A stretch of DNA of 64,000 bases from an uncultured Mollicutes bacterium. Its GTDB lineage: Bacteria; Bacillota_I; Bacilli_A; ML615J-28; CAG-313. The stretch covers positions 13,943-77,942 of the forward strand of contig URLJ01000004.1 in the NCBI GenBank assembly GCA_900548675.1. The letters are read 5' to 3'. A program made the translations under genes and the position numbers. The notes under the pieces were generated by a model. That model did no database searches. It had not been told where the DNA came from and worked only from the letters and a program-made list of their open reading frames with translations. Position 1 is the stretch's first letter, and each line of letters starts with the position of its first letter. Below, piece after piece: positions 41,811 to 52,220 of this stretch.

Positions 41811-43274
41811 ATGGAAGGCAAAAAAATAGCAATTATCGCATCGGAATGTCAACCTTTCTTTGCATCAGGTGGACTAGGAGATGTTGTAGGTTCTTTACCA
41901 AAAAGAATTATTAAATTAGCCAATGATAAGGCTACTGACCCAAATCAAATTGTTGTCATATTACCACTTTATTCAAAAATAGCTCATGATTATCGTAACA
42001 AACTTGTTTACGTTTCACAACATGTCGTTACACTTGCATGGCGTAAACAATATTGTGGTGTTTTCAAGTATGTTGATAAGGGTGTAACATATTATTTTTT
42101 AGATAACGAATACTATTTTAAACGTCATAATTTTTATGGTTATTTTGATGATGGAGAACGTTTCGCCTTCTTCTGTAAAGCTGCCATCGATACGCTTTTA
42201 TATTTAGGTTTTATTCCTGATATTATTCATGTTCATGATTGGCAAACAGGATTAGTACCAGTATATCTGCGTACAAACTATTTTGGCAATATCGCTTTAA
42301 AAGATGTTAAAACGATTTTCACAATTCATAATATTGAATATCAAGGTCAATATGCTTTAGATGATGATATAATTGAAGATGTTTTTGGTATTAGTCATAA
42401 TAATGCTTACTTATTAGAGTATAAGGGTTGCTTAAATATTATGAAAGCTGCAATGGAGTGTGCAAATTATGTAACGACAGTTAGTCCTACATATGCCAAA
42501 GAAATCCAAACTCCTGAATATGCTCATGGTTTAGATTTTGAAATTAGAAGAATTGTTGAAGAAGGAAAATTAAGAGGGATCTTAAATGGTATTGATAAAA
42601 ACTTCTACAATCCTGCTAAAGACAATGCCCTTTTTGAAAAATATGATAAGAAAACTTTTGAAAAGAAGGCTATAAATAAAATTCGTCTTCAAGAAATGTT
42701 AAACTTGCCGGTTGATGAAAATATTCCGATGATAGGAATGGTAACGCGACTTGTTAAACATAAGGGATTGGAACTAGTAAAAGCTGCTTTTGAACGCCTT
42801 ATGAGTGAAAAAGTTCAACTAGTTATTTTAGGAACAGGAGACCCTCAATACGAAGGTTTCTTCAAAGATATGGAATATAAATATGGATCTAAATTAAGAG
42901 TTATTATTGCTTTTAATCAAGATTTATCACGTAAAATATATGCTGCATCCGATATTTTCTTAATGCCATCTGCTTCAGAACCATGCGGTTTGTCACAGAT
43001 GATTGCTTCTAGATATGGAAGCATTCCACTTGTAAGAAGAACAGGTGGTCTAACTGATAGTATTGTTGACTTTACAGTTGAAAAAGGTAATGGCTATACA
43101 TTTGATCATATGAGCGCTGATGAAATGTTAATGGTTATTAGACGAGCATTAAGTGATTATCGAAATGCTGATGAATGGAAAAAGAAAATTGGTAGAGTAA
43201 TGAGCGTTGATTTTGGTTGGACTGGTTCTGCCAAAGTTTACTTAGCGATGTACGAAGAAATTTTAAACAAATAA
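41811..43274 (+). CDS. glgA: Glycogen synthase (ADP-glucose type)
   Basis: N-terminal ASECQPFFASGGLGDVVGSLP and the GT5 C-terminal SASEPCGLSQMIASRYGSIPLVRRTGGL. Confidence 0.95.
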   Translation: MEGKKIAIIASECQPFFASGGLGDVVGSLPKRIIKLANDKATDPNQIVVILPLYSKIAHDYRNKLVYVSQHVVTLAWRKQYCGVFKYVDKGVTYYFLDNEYYFKRHNFYGYFDDGERFAFFCKAAIDTLLYLGFIPDIIHVHDWQTGLVPVYLRTNYFGNIALKDVKTIFTIHNIEYQGQYALDDDIIEDVFGISHNNAYLLEYKGCLNIMKAAMECANYVTTVSPTYAKEIQTPEYAHGLDFEIRRIVEEGKLRGILNGIDKNFYNPAKDNALFEKYDKKTFEKKAINKIRLQEMLNLPVDENIPMIGMVTRLVKHKGLELVKAAFERLMSEKVQLVILGTGDPQYEGFFKDMEYKYGSKLRVIIAFNQDLSRKIYAASDIFLMPSASEPCGLSQMIASRYGSIPLVRRTGGLTDSIVDFTVEKGNGYTFDHMSADEMLMVIRRALSDYRNADEWKKKIGRVMSVDFGWTGSAKVYLAMYEEILNK

Positions 43275-43289
43275 AACTAAGGAGAGTTT

Positions 43290-45713
43290 ATGACAACACC
43301 ACAGACAAAAGCCATAATAGAAGAAAAACTATCTTGCTATTATGGTGTTACTCCCCATGATGCCTCAATGGAACAAATGTATAAAGCAGTAAGTATGACC
43401 ATCTTGGATATACTCATGGAGAAAAAAAATCACAATAATCGTTTAATCCGTAAAATCGGTGCTAAACGTGTTTATTATTTATGTATGGAGTTTTTAGTTG
43501 GTAGATCTCTAAAAACAAATTTATACAATTTAGGACTTGTAGATACTTATAGTAAAGTTTTAAAAGAATATGGCATAAAATTAGAAGATTTATACGAACA
43601 AGAGCCCGATGCCGGTCTTGGTAATGGTGGATTAGGCCGTTTAGCCGCATGTTTTATGGATTCTTGTGCTGCTTTGTCGTATCCTGCATATGGTTTTTCG
43701 ATAAGATATGAATACGGTTTGTTTAAACAAAAAATCGTTGATGGTTGGCAAACCGAGATGCCAGATATTTGGCTACCTGGTGGAGAGGTATGGTTAATCC
43801 CAAGAAGTGATCGTTCTTTAAAGGTTCGTTTTGATGGCTATGTTACAGAGCATTTTGAAAATGGTAAACTAAAAATTGATTATCATGATTACTCAGAAGT
43901 AGAAGCAATGCCTTATGATATGTTAATATCTGGTGGCGGAAGTGAAGCTGTATCAACATTAAGATTATGGCGAAGCCGAAGCTTATCAACTTTTGATATG
44001 AAATCATTCTCACAAGGTGATTATGCTAAAGCTGTCAAAGATGGATATGAAGCAGAATTGATATCGAAGGTATTATATCCGTCAGATGATCATTATGAAG
44101 GAAAATCTCTACGTCTAAAACAGCAGTATTTTCTAGTTAGTGCTTCAATTCAAAACATTCTATATGATCATGTCAAAAGATATAAAGACTTACACACCTT
44201 ACCTGATAAGGCTGTCATACATATTAATGATACTCATCCAGCTTTGTGTATTCCAGAAATGATGCGGATACTGATGGATGAATTTGAATTTGGTTGGGAT
44301 GAAGCTTGGGATATTGTTACTAGAACAGTCGCTTATACCAATCATACCGTTTTAGTAGAAGCTTTGGAATGTTGGCAAGAAGATTTAATCGCCAGAAGAT
44401 TACCGCGCATTTATGCAATAATAAAAGAAATTAATCGCCGTTTTACTACTGCTCTTTGGGACAGATACCCAGGAGATTGGAATAAAATAAACAGAATGGC
44501 TGTGATTTCTAACGGGCAAATAAAAATGGCTAATCTTAGTGTTATTGGCAGCTTCTCTGTTAATGGTGTATCAGCGTTACATAGCGATATCATTAAAAGA
44601 AGTATTTTTAAAGATTATTATGAACTCACACCTGACAAATTTACGAATGTTACAAATGGTATTGCTCATCGAAGATGGCTTTATCAATCCAATCCTCGTT
44701 TAAGCAAACTTTTAGATGATACGATTGGGCATGATTACTATTTAAAGGCATCAGCTCTTCAAAATTTCCGTAAGTTTGAAGATGATAAAAAAGTTTTAGA
44801 TGAATTAGCTAAAATTAAACTTGCCAATAAAGAAGATTTTGCTAATGCAATTTATAAAAAACAAGGGGTTTTAATCAATCCAAATACGCGCTTTGATGTT
44901 CAAGTAAAACGACTACATGAATATAAACGCCAACTTTTAAATGTTCTCAAAATAATACATTTATATAATTTACTATCAGAGAATCCCAATATTGATATAA
45001 CCCCACAAACCTTTATTTTTGGTGCCAAGGCTGCACCAGGTTATTATATCGCCAAAGAAATCATTGAGTTAATATGTAAAATTAGCGAGGATATAAATCA
45101 TCATCCTGAAATAAAAGCTAAACTTAATGTTGTTTTTGTCGAAGATTATTGTGTTACATTAGCTGAAAAACTAATGCCTGCATCTGAGATTAGTGAACAA
45201 ATATCTCTTGCTGGAAAAGAAGCTAGTGGAACAGGAAATATGAAATTTATGATTAATGGTGCTGTTACAATCGGTACTATGGATGGTGCTAACGTTGAAA
45301 TATGCGATGCGGTAGGAACGGACAATATCTTTATTTTTGGAATGACCGCTAGTGAAGTAAATGATTTATGGAAAAAAGGTTATAATTCAACATACTATTA
45401 TAATAATAGTAAAGTTCTTCATGATATTATTGCAACTTTAAAGAGAGGATTTGCTGGTAAGAGTTTTGAGAATATCGCAAATTATTTACTCACTAATAGA
45501 GGTGTAGCGGACCAATATATGTGTCTTGCTGACTTCGATTCTTATTTAGAGGCTCATAATAAAATGGATGAAGTTTATCGTGATAAATATGCCTTTAATA
45601 AAATGTCATTAATCAATATATCAGAAGCAGGTCGCTTTGCAGCTGACAGAAGTATAAGCGAGTATGCTACTAAAATATGGGGATTAAAACAAGTAAAACC
45701 TGATACTAAATAA
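43290..45713 (+). CDS. glgP: Glycogen/maltodextrin phosphorylase
   Basis: GT35 motifs GLGNGGLGRLAACF and the PLP-lysine region EASGTGNMKFMINGA. Confidence 0.96.
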   Translation: MTTPQTKAIIEEKLSCYYGVTPHDASMEQMYKAVSMTILDILMEKKNHNNRLIRKIGAKRVYYLCMEFLVGRSLKTNLYNLGLVDTYSKVLKEYGIKLEDLYEQEPDAGLGNGGLGRLAACFMDSCAALSYPAYGFSIRYEYGLFKQKIVDGWQTEMPDIWLPGGEVWLIPRSDRSLKVRFDGYVTEHFENGKLKIDYHDYSEVEAMPYDMLISGGGSEAVSTLRLWRSRSLSTFDMKSFSQGDYAKAVKDGYEAELISKVLYPSDDHYEGKSLRLKQQYFLVSASIQNILYDHVKRYKDLHTLPDKAVIHINDTHPALCIPEMMRILMDEFEFGWDEAWDIVTRTVAYTNHTVLVEALECWQEDLIARRLPRIYAIIKEINRRFTTALWDRYPGDWNKINRMAVISNGQIKMANLSVIGSFSVNGVSALHSDIIKRSIFKDYYELTPDKFTNVTNGIAHRRWLYQSNPRLSKLLDDTIGHDYYLKASALQNFRKFEDDKKVLDELAKIKLANKEDFANAIYKKQGVLINPNTRFDVQVKRLHEYKRQLLNVLKIIHLYNLLSENPNIDITPQTFIFGAKAAPGYYIAKEIIELICKISEDINHHPEIKAKLNVVFVEDYCVTLAEKLMPASEISEQISLAGKEASGTGNMKFMINGAVTIGTMDGANVEICDAVGTDNIFIFGMTASEVNDLWKKGYNSTYYYNNSKVLHDIIATLKRGFAGKSFENIANYLLTNRGVADQYMCLADFDSYLEAHNKMDEVYRDKYAFNKMSLINISEAGRFAADRSISEYATKIWGLKQVKPDTK

Positions 45714-45731
45714 AAAATTTAAGTATAATAA

Positions 45732-45760
45732 TTTACAATTATGTCGAAAAATAGTATAAT
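45732..45760 (+). promoter_or_regulatory. Predicted sigma-A promoter of pfkA
   Basis: TTTACA, 17-bp spacer, TATAAT. Confidence 0.5.
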
Positions 45761-45841
45761 ATACTAAGTGAATTTTAGACAAAATAAAAAAAATTCAAGT
45801 ATTATATAAAAATAGTCTAGTAACAAGGGAGAAATATTACC

Positions 45842-46807
45842 ATGATTAAGAAAATTGGAGTTTTAACTTCTGGTGGCGATGCCCCAGGTATGAATGCAGC
45901 AATCCGTGCAGTTGTTAGAGCCGCAAGAGTAAATGGCTTAGATGTTTATGGTATCCGTGATGGTTATCGTGGACTTTGCGAAGGTGGAGAAAATTTTGAA
46001 TTAATGAGCCGTAAATCAGTAACAGATATTATTGCACGTGGTGGTACAATATTAGGATCAGCTCGTTTACCAGAATTTGTACAAGATGAATATCGTGACA
46101 AAGCTATTCAAAACTTAAAAGATTTTGGTATAGATACCCTAATAGTTATCGGCGGTGATGGTACGTATCATGGCGCTTTACGTCTTAAAAATGCTGGAGT
46201 TAATGTAATTTGCCTTCCAGGAACAATAGATAATGACATAGCAGGAACAGATTTTACAATCGGTTTTGACACATGTGTTAATACCGTTGTTGAAGCTATT
46301 GACCGTCTACGTGATACGTGTGGTTCACACGAAAGATGCGCAGTTGTTGAAGTAATGGGTCGCTATTGTGGCGATATCGCAAAAGCAGCTGGTCTTGCAA
46401 CAGGGGCAGAATTCGTAATTACTAGTGAATCTGGTCTAGATTTAGAATATGTTCTTGAAAAAACAAAAGATTATAAGTTACATAGTAAAAGACACCCTAT
46501 CATCATTGTTACAGAACATATTACCGATGTACATGATTTAGCCGCTAAAATAGAAGATTATTCTGGATTTGAAACAAGAGCTACAATTTTAGGCCATATT
46601 CAAAGAGGTGGCAAACCTTCAGCTCAAGATCGTATTTTAGCATCACGTTTAGGACTTGCAGCAGTAGAAGCAGCTTTAGATGATAATTGTGGTGTATGTA
46701 TGGGCATAATTTCAAATCAAATAGTCGCAATTCCAATTGAAGAAGTTCTAAATTCTAAGAAGGATGTATTTAAGAATTTCGAACGTTCAATTGTAACTTT
46801 ATCATAA
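45842..46807 (+). CDS. pfkA: ATP-dependent 6-phosphofructokinase
   Basis: GVLTSGGDAPGMNAAIRAVVR, VIGGDGT, PGTIDND and GHIQRGG. No pyk gene follows it here. Confidence 0.96.
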   Translation: MIKKIGVLTSGGDAPGMNAAIRAVVRAARVNGLDVYGIRDGYRGLCEGGENFELMSRKSVTDIIARGGTILGSARLPEFVQDEYRDKAIQNLKDFGIDTLIVIGGDGTYHGALRLKNAGVNVICLPGTIDNDIAGTDFTIGFDTCVNTVVEAIDRLRDTCGSHERCAVVEVMGRYCGDIAKAAGLATGAEFVITSESGLDLEYVLEKTKDYKLHSKRHPIIIVTEHITDVHDLAAKIEDYSGFETRATILGHIQRGGKPSAQDRILASRLGLAAVEAALDDNCGVCMGIISNQIVAIPIEEVLNSKKDVFKNFERSIVTLS

Positions 46808-46814
46808 AATAATA

Positions 46815-46866
46815 AAAACTCTACTTAAAGGTTAACAAACTATTTATGTAGAGTTTTTCTTTTTTC
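46815..46866 (+). terminator. pfkA terminator (long-loop hairpin)
   Basis: AAAACTCTAC ... GTAGAGTTTT stem followed by TCTTTTTT. Confidence 0.55.
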
Positions 46867-46937
46867 GCCTAATTTTTCCATAAGGCCTTTATATAATAAG
46901 AGTATAACTTATATAATATGAAGGTAGATTGTAGAAT

Positions 46938-49016
46938 ATGAAAAAAATAGTTTTATTTTTAATAAAAATAATTTTAGTAATTGTATTAAGCGCATTCTTG
47001 GTAAAAATACCTGAAACAGAGGCCGCAAGTTCAAAAGTTAGGGTAAACTTTATTTTTGAAAAAAAGAAAGTATTAAAGAGTGAAGAATTTACATTAACAA
47101 TCGCTTTAAGTAATTACCAAGATTTAGCTTCAGCACAATTGTTTATTAAAACTGATAAGAATAAAGTAATTACTACTGTTGAGGAATCTCCTTATACGAT
47201 TGATGAAGCTAATGCCATCTTTAAAAAAGAAGAAATAGCGATTAATGATAAAAATGATACAATAGCACGCTTTAGTGTATATGCTAAAAATACAAGTGGC
47301 TATAATACTTCATCCTATAATCAGCTTGCAAAAATTTCCTTTAGATCATTAGGAAACTACACAGATATAAGTGATTTTTTTAAAAGTGAAAGTTGGAATT
47401 ACGGATATGGAACAAAAATTTATTTATACAATTGTGATATGGAAGTAATGGATTGTGATATCAAATATGTAGAAGAAATTAATGTAAAATGGGATACACC
47501 ATCGTATGAAATAAATTATGGCGACGAAATACCCAAATTTCAAAATGATATAAAAGTAATAAATCGTAATAGCGATGAATACCGCATAGATAATATTACG
47601 TCAAAAGAAGATTTTAATATAGAAAGCTTAGGCACAGGTTTTTTAAAAGTTAAAGTATTTGATATTCTGACTAATTCAACGTATTATTTTGTAAAAAACA
47701 TTACGGTTGTAGATAACATACCGCCAACAATTGAATATAATCTCACCGAATGGGATATTAAAGATGTTGATGTTAAAAATGAGAATTTTAATTATGTAAA
47801 AGTGTTTGATAATTATGATAAAAACATTACAGCCATTCGTCAGTATTATAATAACAATATGGAATTAATAGCGTCTATCGATGATTTTAAAACATACTTA
47901 GAAACTAATCAAAAAGCTTTCATAATCTATACAGCTATAGATTCTTCGGGTAATGAGGCTATACCAGTTACAGTTACGATAAATATTATAGATACAACAC
48001 CGCCGGTCGTTAACACGGTTGATGCCATTAAAGTAAAGGATTTAGAACTTGATGATTTTGAATTAGAGAAAGCTCTTAAACTTACTGATAAATATGATGA
48101 TAATCCGCGCTTAATATTAAAAATTTTAAATAAAAAGAATGAAGACGTGATTGATTATAAGGAAGTACTTAAAAATGAGTATACCTGTACTATTCAATAT
48201 TTCGGCAAAGATGCTAATGGTAATGAATCAGACGTAAAAACAGTAACAATAACCTTAATCGACACAATTTCTCCTACTATTCATGGAGTAACTGATATTG
48301 AAATTACTGACGTCGAATTATTAGAAATTATTGAAAAGAAAAATAATGGTAATTATTTGTTTGAAAATGGTATCAAAACGAAAGACAATTTTAAAAACGA
48401 AATATATCTACATAAGTACTATTATTTAGAGGATAATAGTGAAATGCTGTTATGGGAAGATTTTATCAAAGGGCTTTTTGAAAAAGGAACAGGTATTATT
48501 TATTATCAAGCGATGGATGGTGCGGGAAACACGAGTGAAAAAATACCTCAAAAAATATCTGTAAAAGATATAACACCTCCGGTTATTACATTAAAAAATA
48601 TTGAAAATGGGAAAAAATATTTTGGAATATCAAAATTAGAATACATGGTAACTGATAATAGATCTTCCAAAATAAGTGTTTTAGTTTATTTGAATGATAA
48701 AGAATATCAAGAAGAACCTATTCAAAATGTTGGAGAATACAAACTTTTGATAATCGCTGAAGATGATGCTGGAAATAAGACGGAGTTGTCATGTAACTTT
48801 AGTATTATAAAAGACAATCTCATCAGTTGCGGCGATGATATCGAATGTTATTCAAGAAATTATACGGAAATAATTATTGCTTCCGTAATTATTCTATCGC
48901 TTGCGGCTGTCATAATTACTTTTAATATTATAAATAGAATTCATAAGAAGAAAATAAAGAATAAGAATAAAGGTAAAGATAAAGATGCAGATGGTGAAAT
49001 AATAGACCTTGAATAA
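46938..49016 (+). CDS. Cell-surface protein: signal peptide, N-terminal beta-sandwich-like region, four Ig-like repeats, C-terminal TM anchor
   Basis: Signal peptide MKKIVLFLIKIILVIVLSAFLV...TEA. Four repeats each open with a D-x-x-(P/S)-P-x-(I/V) boundary (DNIPPTI, DTTPPVV, DTISPTI, DITPPVI). Each contains D-x-x-GN (DSSGNE, DANGNE, DGAGNT, DDAGNK). C-terminal TM helix IIIASVIILSLAAVIITFNII plus a Lys-rich tail. Confidence 0.8.
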   Translation: MKKIVLFLIKIILVIVLSAFLVKIPETEAASSKVRVNFIFEKKKVLKSEEFTLTIALSNYQDLASAQLFIKTDKNKVITTVEESPYTIDEANAIFKKEEIAINDKNDTIARFSVYAKNTSGYNTSSYNQLAKISFRSLGNYTDISDFFKSESWNYGYGTKIYLYNCDMEVMDCDIKYVEEINVKWDTPSYEINYGDEIPKFQNDIKVINRNSDEYRIDNITSKEDFNIESLGTGFLKVKVFDILTNSTYYFVKNITVVDNIPPTIEYNLTEWDIKDVDVKNENFNYVKVFDNYDKNITAIRQYYNNNMELIASIDDFKTYLETNQKAFIIYTAIDSSGNEAIPVTVTINIIDTTPPVVNTVDAIKVKDLELDDFELEKALKLTDKYDDNPRLILKILNKKNEDVIDYKEVLKNEYTCTIQYFGKDANGNESDVKTVTITLIDTISPTIHGVTDIEITDVELLEIIEKKNNGNYLFENGIKTKDNFKNEIYLHKYYYLEDNSEMLLWEDFIKGLFEKGTGIIYYQAMDGAGNTSEKIPQKISVKDITPPVITLKNIENGKKYFGISKLEYMVTDNRSSKISVLVYLNDKEYQEEPIQNVGEYKLLIIAEDDAGNKTELSCNFSIIKDNLISCGDDIECYSRNYTEIIIASVIILSLAAVIITFNIINRIHKKKIKNKNKGKDKDADGEIIDLE

Positions 49017-49047
49017 AAGACTATTTTAAAAATATAAGGACAATAAA

Positions 49048-49100
49048 AAATACTTCTAGGGTAACATCGTATTTTAATGATGGCAACTCTAGAAGTATTT
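49048..49100. terminator. Bidirectional terminator between the surface-protein gene and sigK
   Basis: AAATACTTCTAG ... CTAGAAGTATTT 12-bp stem with A/T runs on both sides. Confidence 0.6.
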
Positions 49101-49113
49101 ATTTTATTTAAAC

Positions 49114-49794
49114 TTATTTTTTCTTTTCATCAAGAGCTAAATAAAGCTTCGTTAAAGCTCTTTTTTCAATTCGTGAAACATAACTGCGGCTTATTTTTAA
49201 TGATTTGGCAATCTCGCGTTGAGTTTCTATAAAGTAATCATTTAAACCAAAACGTCGACTAATTATTTCCAATTCTCGTTCATTTAGTGTTTTAAGAGCT
49301 TCAGATAATCGGTTATTGTGTTCTTCCAATAACATTTTATCAACGGTACCAAGCGATGGGTCCTCGATTATGTCACAAAGTCTAATTTCATTTCCGTCCT
49401 TGTCTTCACCAATAGGAGCATATAATGAAGTCGTTTCTCTTCTTTTTTTATTACTTCTTAAATGCATTAAAATTTCATTTTCAATACATCGTGCCGCGTA
49501 TGTCGCGAGTTTTGTATTTGATGAAAAGTTATATGTGTCGATAGCTTTAATTAAACCAAAAGCGCCAATTGACAATAAATCATCGCGATCTTCTTTAGTA
49601 TTTTCATACTTTTTAACTATGTGCGCCACTAATCTTAAATTATGTTCAATAAGTTCATCACGTGCGGTAAAATCTCTTTTTTCCCAAGCTTTAAGTAAAG
49701 CTGCTTCTTCCTCGGGGGAAAGGATTTCAGGAAAACTTTGAGAGTTAATGGCACCGATAAGTGGTAACAAAAATAGTGATAGTAAACTAAACAT
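49114..49794 (-). CDS. sigK: Sporulation sigma factor SigK (pro-sigma-K), uninterrupted
   Basis: LIEHNLRLVAHIVKKYENT, KLATYAARCIENEILMHLR and ISRSYVSRIEKRAL match B. subtilis sigma-K as I recall it (sigma-E has ASRCIENEILMYLR). Hydrophobic N-terminal pro-peptide MFSLLSLFLLPLIGA. Start set at the ATG behind GAGGA; 49806 is an alternative. Confidence 0.85.
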   Translation of the reverse strand: MFSLLSLFLLPLIGAINSQSFPEILSPEEEAALLKAWEKRDFTARDELIEHNLRLVAHIVKKYENTKEDRDDLLSIGAFGLIKAIDTYNFSSNTKLATYAARCIENEILMHLRSNKKRRETTSLYAPIGEDKDGNEIRLCDIIEDPSLGTVDKMLLEEHNNRLSEALKTLNERELEIISRRFGLNDYFIETQREIAKSLKISRSYVSRIEKRALTKLYLALDEKKK

Positions 49795-49886
49795 TGAATT
49801 CCTCATTTCTAATATAGGTATTTGATAGACAAAAAAAGAAAAATTTAGTATAATACTATAGATGAAAGCTATTAATGGAGGTGCTT

Positions 49887-50420
49887 ATGATTTATCTACC
49901 AACATACGTCATAAAAAGTGTTTATGATATTGATTTCGCTAAATTATATGCTGAAGGTAAGCGAATTATACTATCAGACTTAGATAATACATTAGCATCA
50001 TATGCTGAAAAAAGACCATCTTTAAGGTTAAAAGAACTCTATCAAGAAATTATAAAATATGGTTTTAAAATATATTTAGTAACAAATAATAATAACGATA
50101 GATTATTAGAATTCATTAAAGAATTTCCTGTTACAGGATATTTAATAAAAGCTAGAAAACCTCAAGTAAAACGTTTAAAGAAATTTATTGAAACAGAGAA
50201 CTTAAATTCGCGTGAAATAATAGCGATAGGAGATCAATTGTTAACAGATACGATAGCTTATCGTAAAAATAACTTAGATACTATTCTTGTGAAGTCGATT
50301 GACCGTAAAACAGAGCATTGGTATACTAAAATAAATAGATTGAGAGAAAAAAATCTTCTAAAAAGAATAAAAAAAGAAAATCAAGAAATATATCAAAAAA
50401 TAAAGGAGTTATATGAGTAA
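49887..50420 (+). CDS. yqeG: YqeG family HAD phosphatase
   Basis: HAD-IIIA motifs LSDLDNTL and IGDQLLTD. Conserved yqeG-yqeH pairing. Start set at the ATG behind GGAGGTG. Confidence 0.85.
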   Translation: MIYLPTYVIKSVYDIDFAKLYAEGKRIILSDLDNTLASYAEKRPSLRLKELYQEIIKYGFKIYLVTNNNNDRLLEFIKEFPVTGYLIKARKPQVKRLKKFIETENLNSREIIAIGDQLLTDTIAYRKNNLDTILVKSIDRKTEHWYTKINRLREKNLLKRIKKENQEIYQKIKELYE

Positions 50421-51591
50421 ATGCATAGGTTGTGGGGTTAAAATACAATCGATAGACCCTAATGAAAAAGGATATGTACCAGCAGCGGCGTTAGTTAACT
50501 ATGGTGATGAAGTGTATTGTAAAAGATGTCATGATATAATGCATCATAATTACAATTATAGTGAAAACATCCTTCCAGTATTAAATGATGAAAAAAAAGT
50601 AGAAGAAGAAGTTAATAAATATTATCAAGCTCTTGAAAAAATTAAAAATAAAGAATGTTTAGCATTACTACTTTTAGACGTGATGGATATTTATACAGGA
50701 TTTATTCCTAACTTATCTAAATATTTACAAGACAATCCTGTAATAATTGTAATCAATAAAAGTGATATAATGCCAAAAAGCATTAAAATGTCTAATATTT
50801 ACGATAAAGTAAAAGAATTAGGAATTACTAATAATTTAAATGTTAAGAGTATTTTTTATATTTCATCTTTAAAACAAAAAAATATTGAAGATTTAATGCG
50901 GCGTGTAATGGATTACTTTAAAAGAAAATATCATCCTGGAAAAGATGTATATTTACTAGGAACAACATCGGTAGGTAAATCAACCTTTATCAATACGGTA
51001 CTTAAAATGTATAATGTAACCTCAAAAGATTTAATTACTACTAGTAATCAACATCAAACGACGCTTGATTATATCAAAATACCAATAGGAACAAATCAAA
51101 CTAATGAAACGTGCTATTTGATAGATACTCCTGGGTATATAAATTTAAAAAGCATAACAACATATCTTTCCTTTTCATCACTTAAAAAAGTTACACCAAG
51201 CACTTACCTAAAGGTAAGAAGCTACCAAATAAAAGGTGGACAAACTTTGTTTTTAGGTGGTCTTGTTCGGATAGATATCGAAGGAGAGGTAAATGTTTCG
51301 TGTTTTGTTTCGAATGATTTATATATTCATAGAACAAAAACTGTTAATGCTTTAGAAATTCAAAATAGTCAAATGTTTAAACTATTAACACCTCCGATAG
51401 ATTTAGATGAACAAAAACGATTAGGAGAATATCAAACGAAAGAAGTAGCCTTAAAGTGTGATGAAGAAAATATGCACTGGGATTTAGCTATAGCTGGTAT
51501 TGGTTACATTCATTTTACAGGAAAAGAATTTAAACTTTCTATAACATCTCCAAAAGTAATATCGAAAGTATTGGTGTCAAATTTAATATGA
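50413..51591 (+). CDS. yqeH: Ribosome assembly GTPase YqeH
   Basis: N-terminal zinc ribbon CIGCG...CKRCHD and a circularly permuted GTPase (NKSD ... GTTSVGKST ... DTPG). Confidence 0.9.
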   Translation: MSKCIGCGVKIQSIDPNEKGYVPAAALVNYGDEVYCKRCHDIMHHNYNYSENILPVLNDEKKVEEEVNKYYQALEKIKNKECLALLLLDVMDIYTGFIPNLSKYLQDNPVIIVINKSDIMPKSIKMSNIYDKVKELGITNNLNVKSIFYISSLKQKNIEDLMRRVMDYFKRKYHPGKDVYLLGTTSVGKSTFINTVLKMYNVTSKDLITTSNQHQTTLDYIKIPIGTNQTNETCYLIDTPGYINLKSITTYLSFSSLKKVTPSTYLKVRSYQIKGGQTLFLGGLVRIDIEGEVNVSCFVSNDLYIHRTKTVNALEIQNSQMFKLLTPPIDLDEQKRLGEYQTKEVALKCDEENMHWDLAIAGIGYIHFTGKEFKLSITSPKVISKVLVSNLI

Positions 51592-52220
51592 TTAATAAAT
51601 TGCAATGTGAAGTAGAAGAATGGTTTAACTCAACTGAATATGGTAAAAAACGATATATCCATACGTTAGGTGTTATGGAAATGGCCCTTAGTTTAAACAA
51701 GATAAATAATTTTAAAGTAGCTGAGTGGAAGATAAAAACCGCTGCTTTATTACATGATGTTGGAAAAATGCTTGATGAAGCAACAATGCTGACAATTATT
51801 AGAAATAATAAAGAAATGTTAGAAATTACAGATAAGGATTTTTTAACACTAGAATCTACCCCTAATGTATGGCATGGATACGTTAGTGTATATCTCGCAA
51901 TAACAAAATTTAAAGTAAAAAACAAAGAGATACTTAAGGCTATAAAATACCATACAACCGGAAATAAAAAAATGAGTAGATTATCACAATTAATTTATTT
52001 ATCTGATGCAGTTGAAAAAAACCGTACGTACCAAAATGTTGAAAAATATCGTGAAATAACGTTAAATAATTTTGATTTAGGATTGATAACGGTTATGAAG
52101 GATATAATAAAAATGCTTGAAAGTAATGGTGAAATTGTACATCCGTTATCTTATGAAGCATTAAAATACTATGAAAGGGTTACAAATGGAAAAAAAGAAA
52201 TTTCAAAAAATAGTTTATGA
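51588..52220 (+). CDS. yqeK: HD-domain protein YqeK (bis(5'-nucleosyl)-tetraphosphatase family)
   Basis: HTLGV ... LLHDVGK ... YHTTG HD motifs. The ATG overlaps the yqeH stop (ATGA). Followed by rsfS, as in Bacillus. Confidence 0.85.
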   Translation: MINKLQCEVEEWFNSTEYGKKRYIHTLGVMEMALSLNKINNFKVAEWKIKTAALLHDVGKMLDEATMLTIIRNNKEMLEITDKDFLTLESTPNVWHGYVSVYLAITKFKVKNKEILKAIKYHTTGNKKMSRLSQLIYLSDAVEKNRTYQNVEKYREITLNNFDLGLITVMKDIIKMLESNGEIVHPLSYEALKYYERVTNGKKEISKNSL

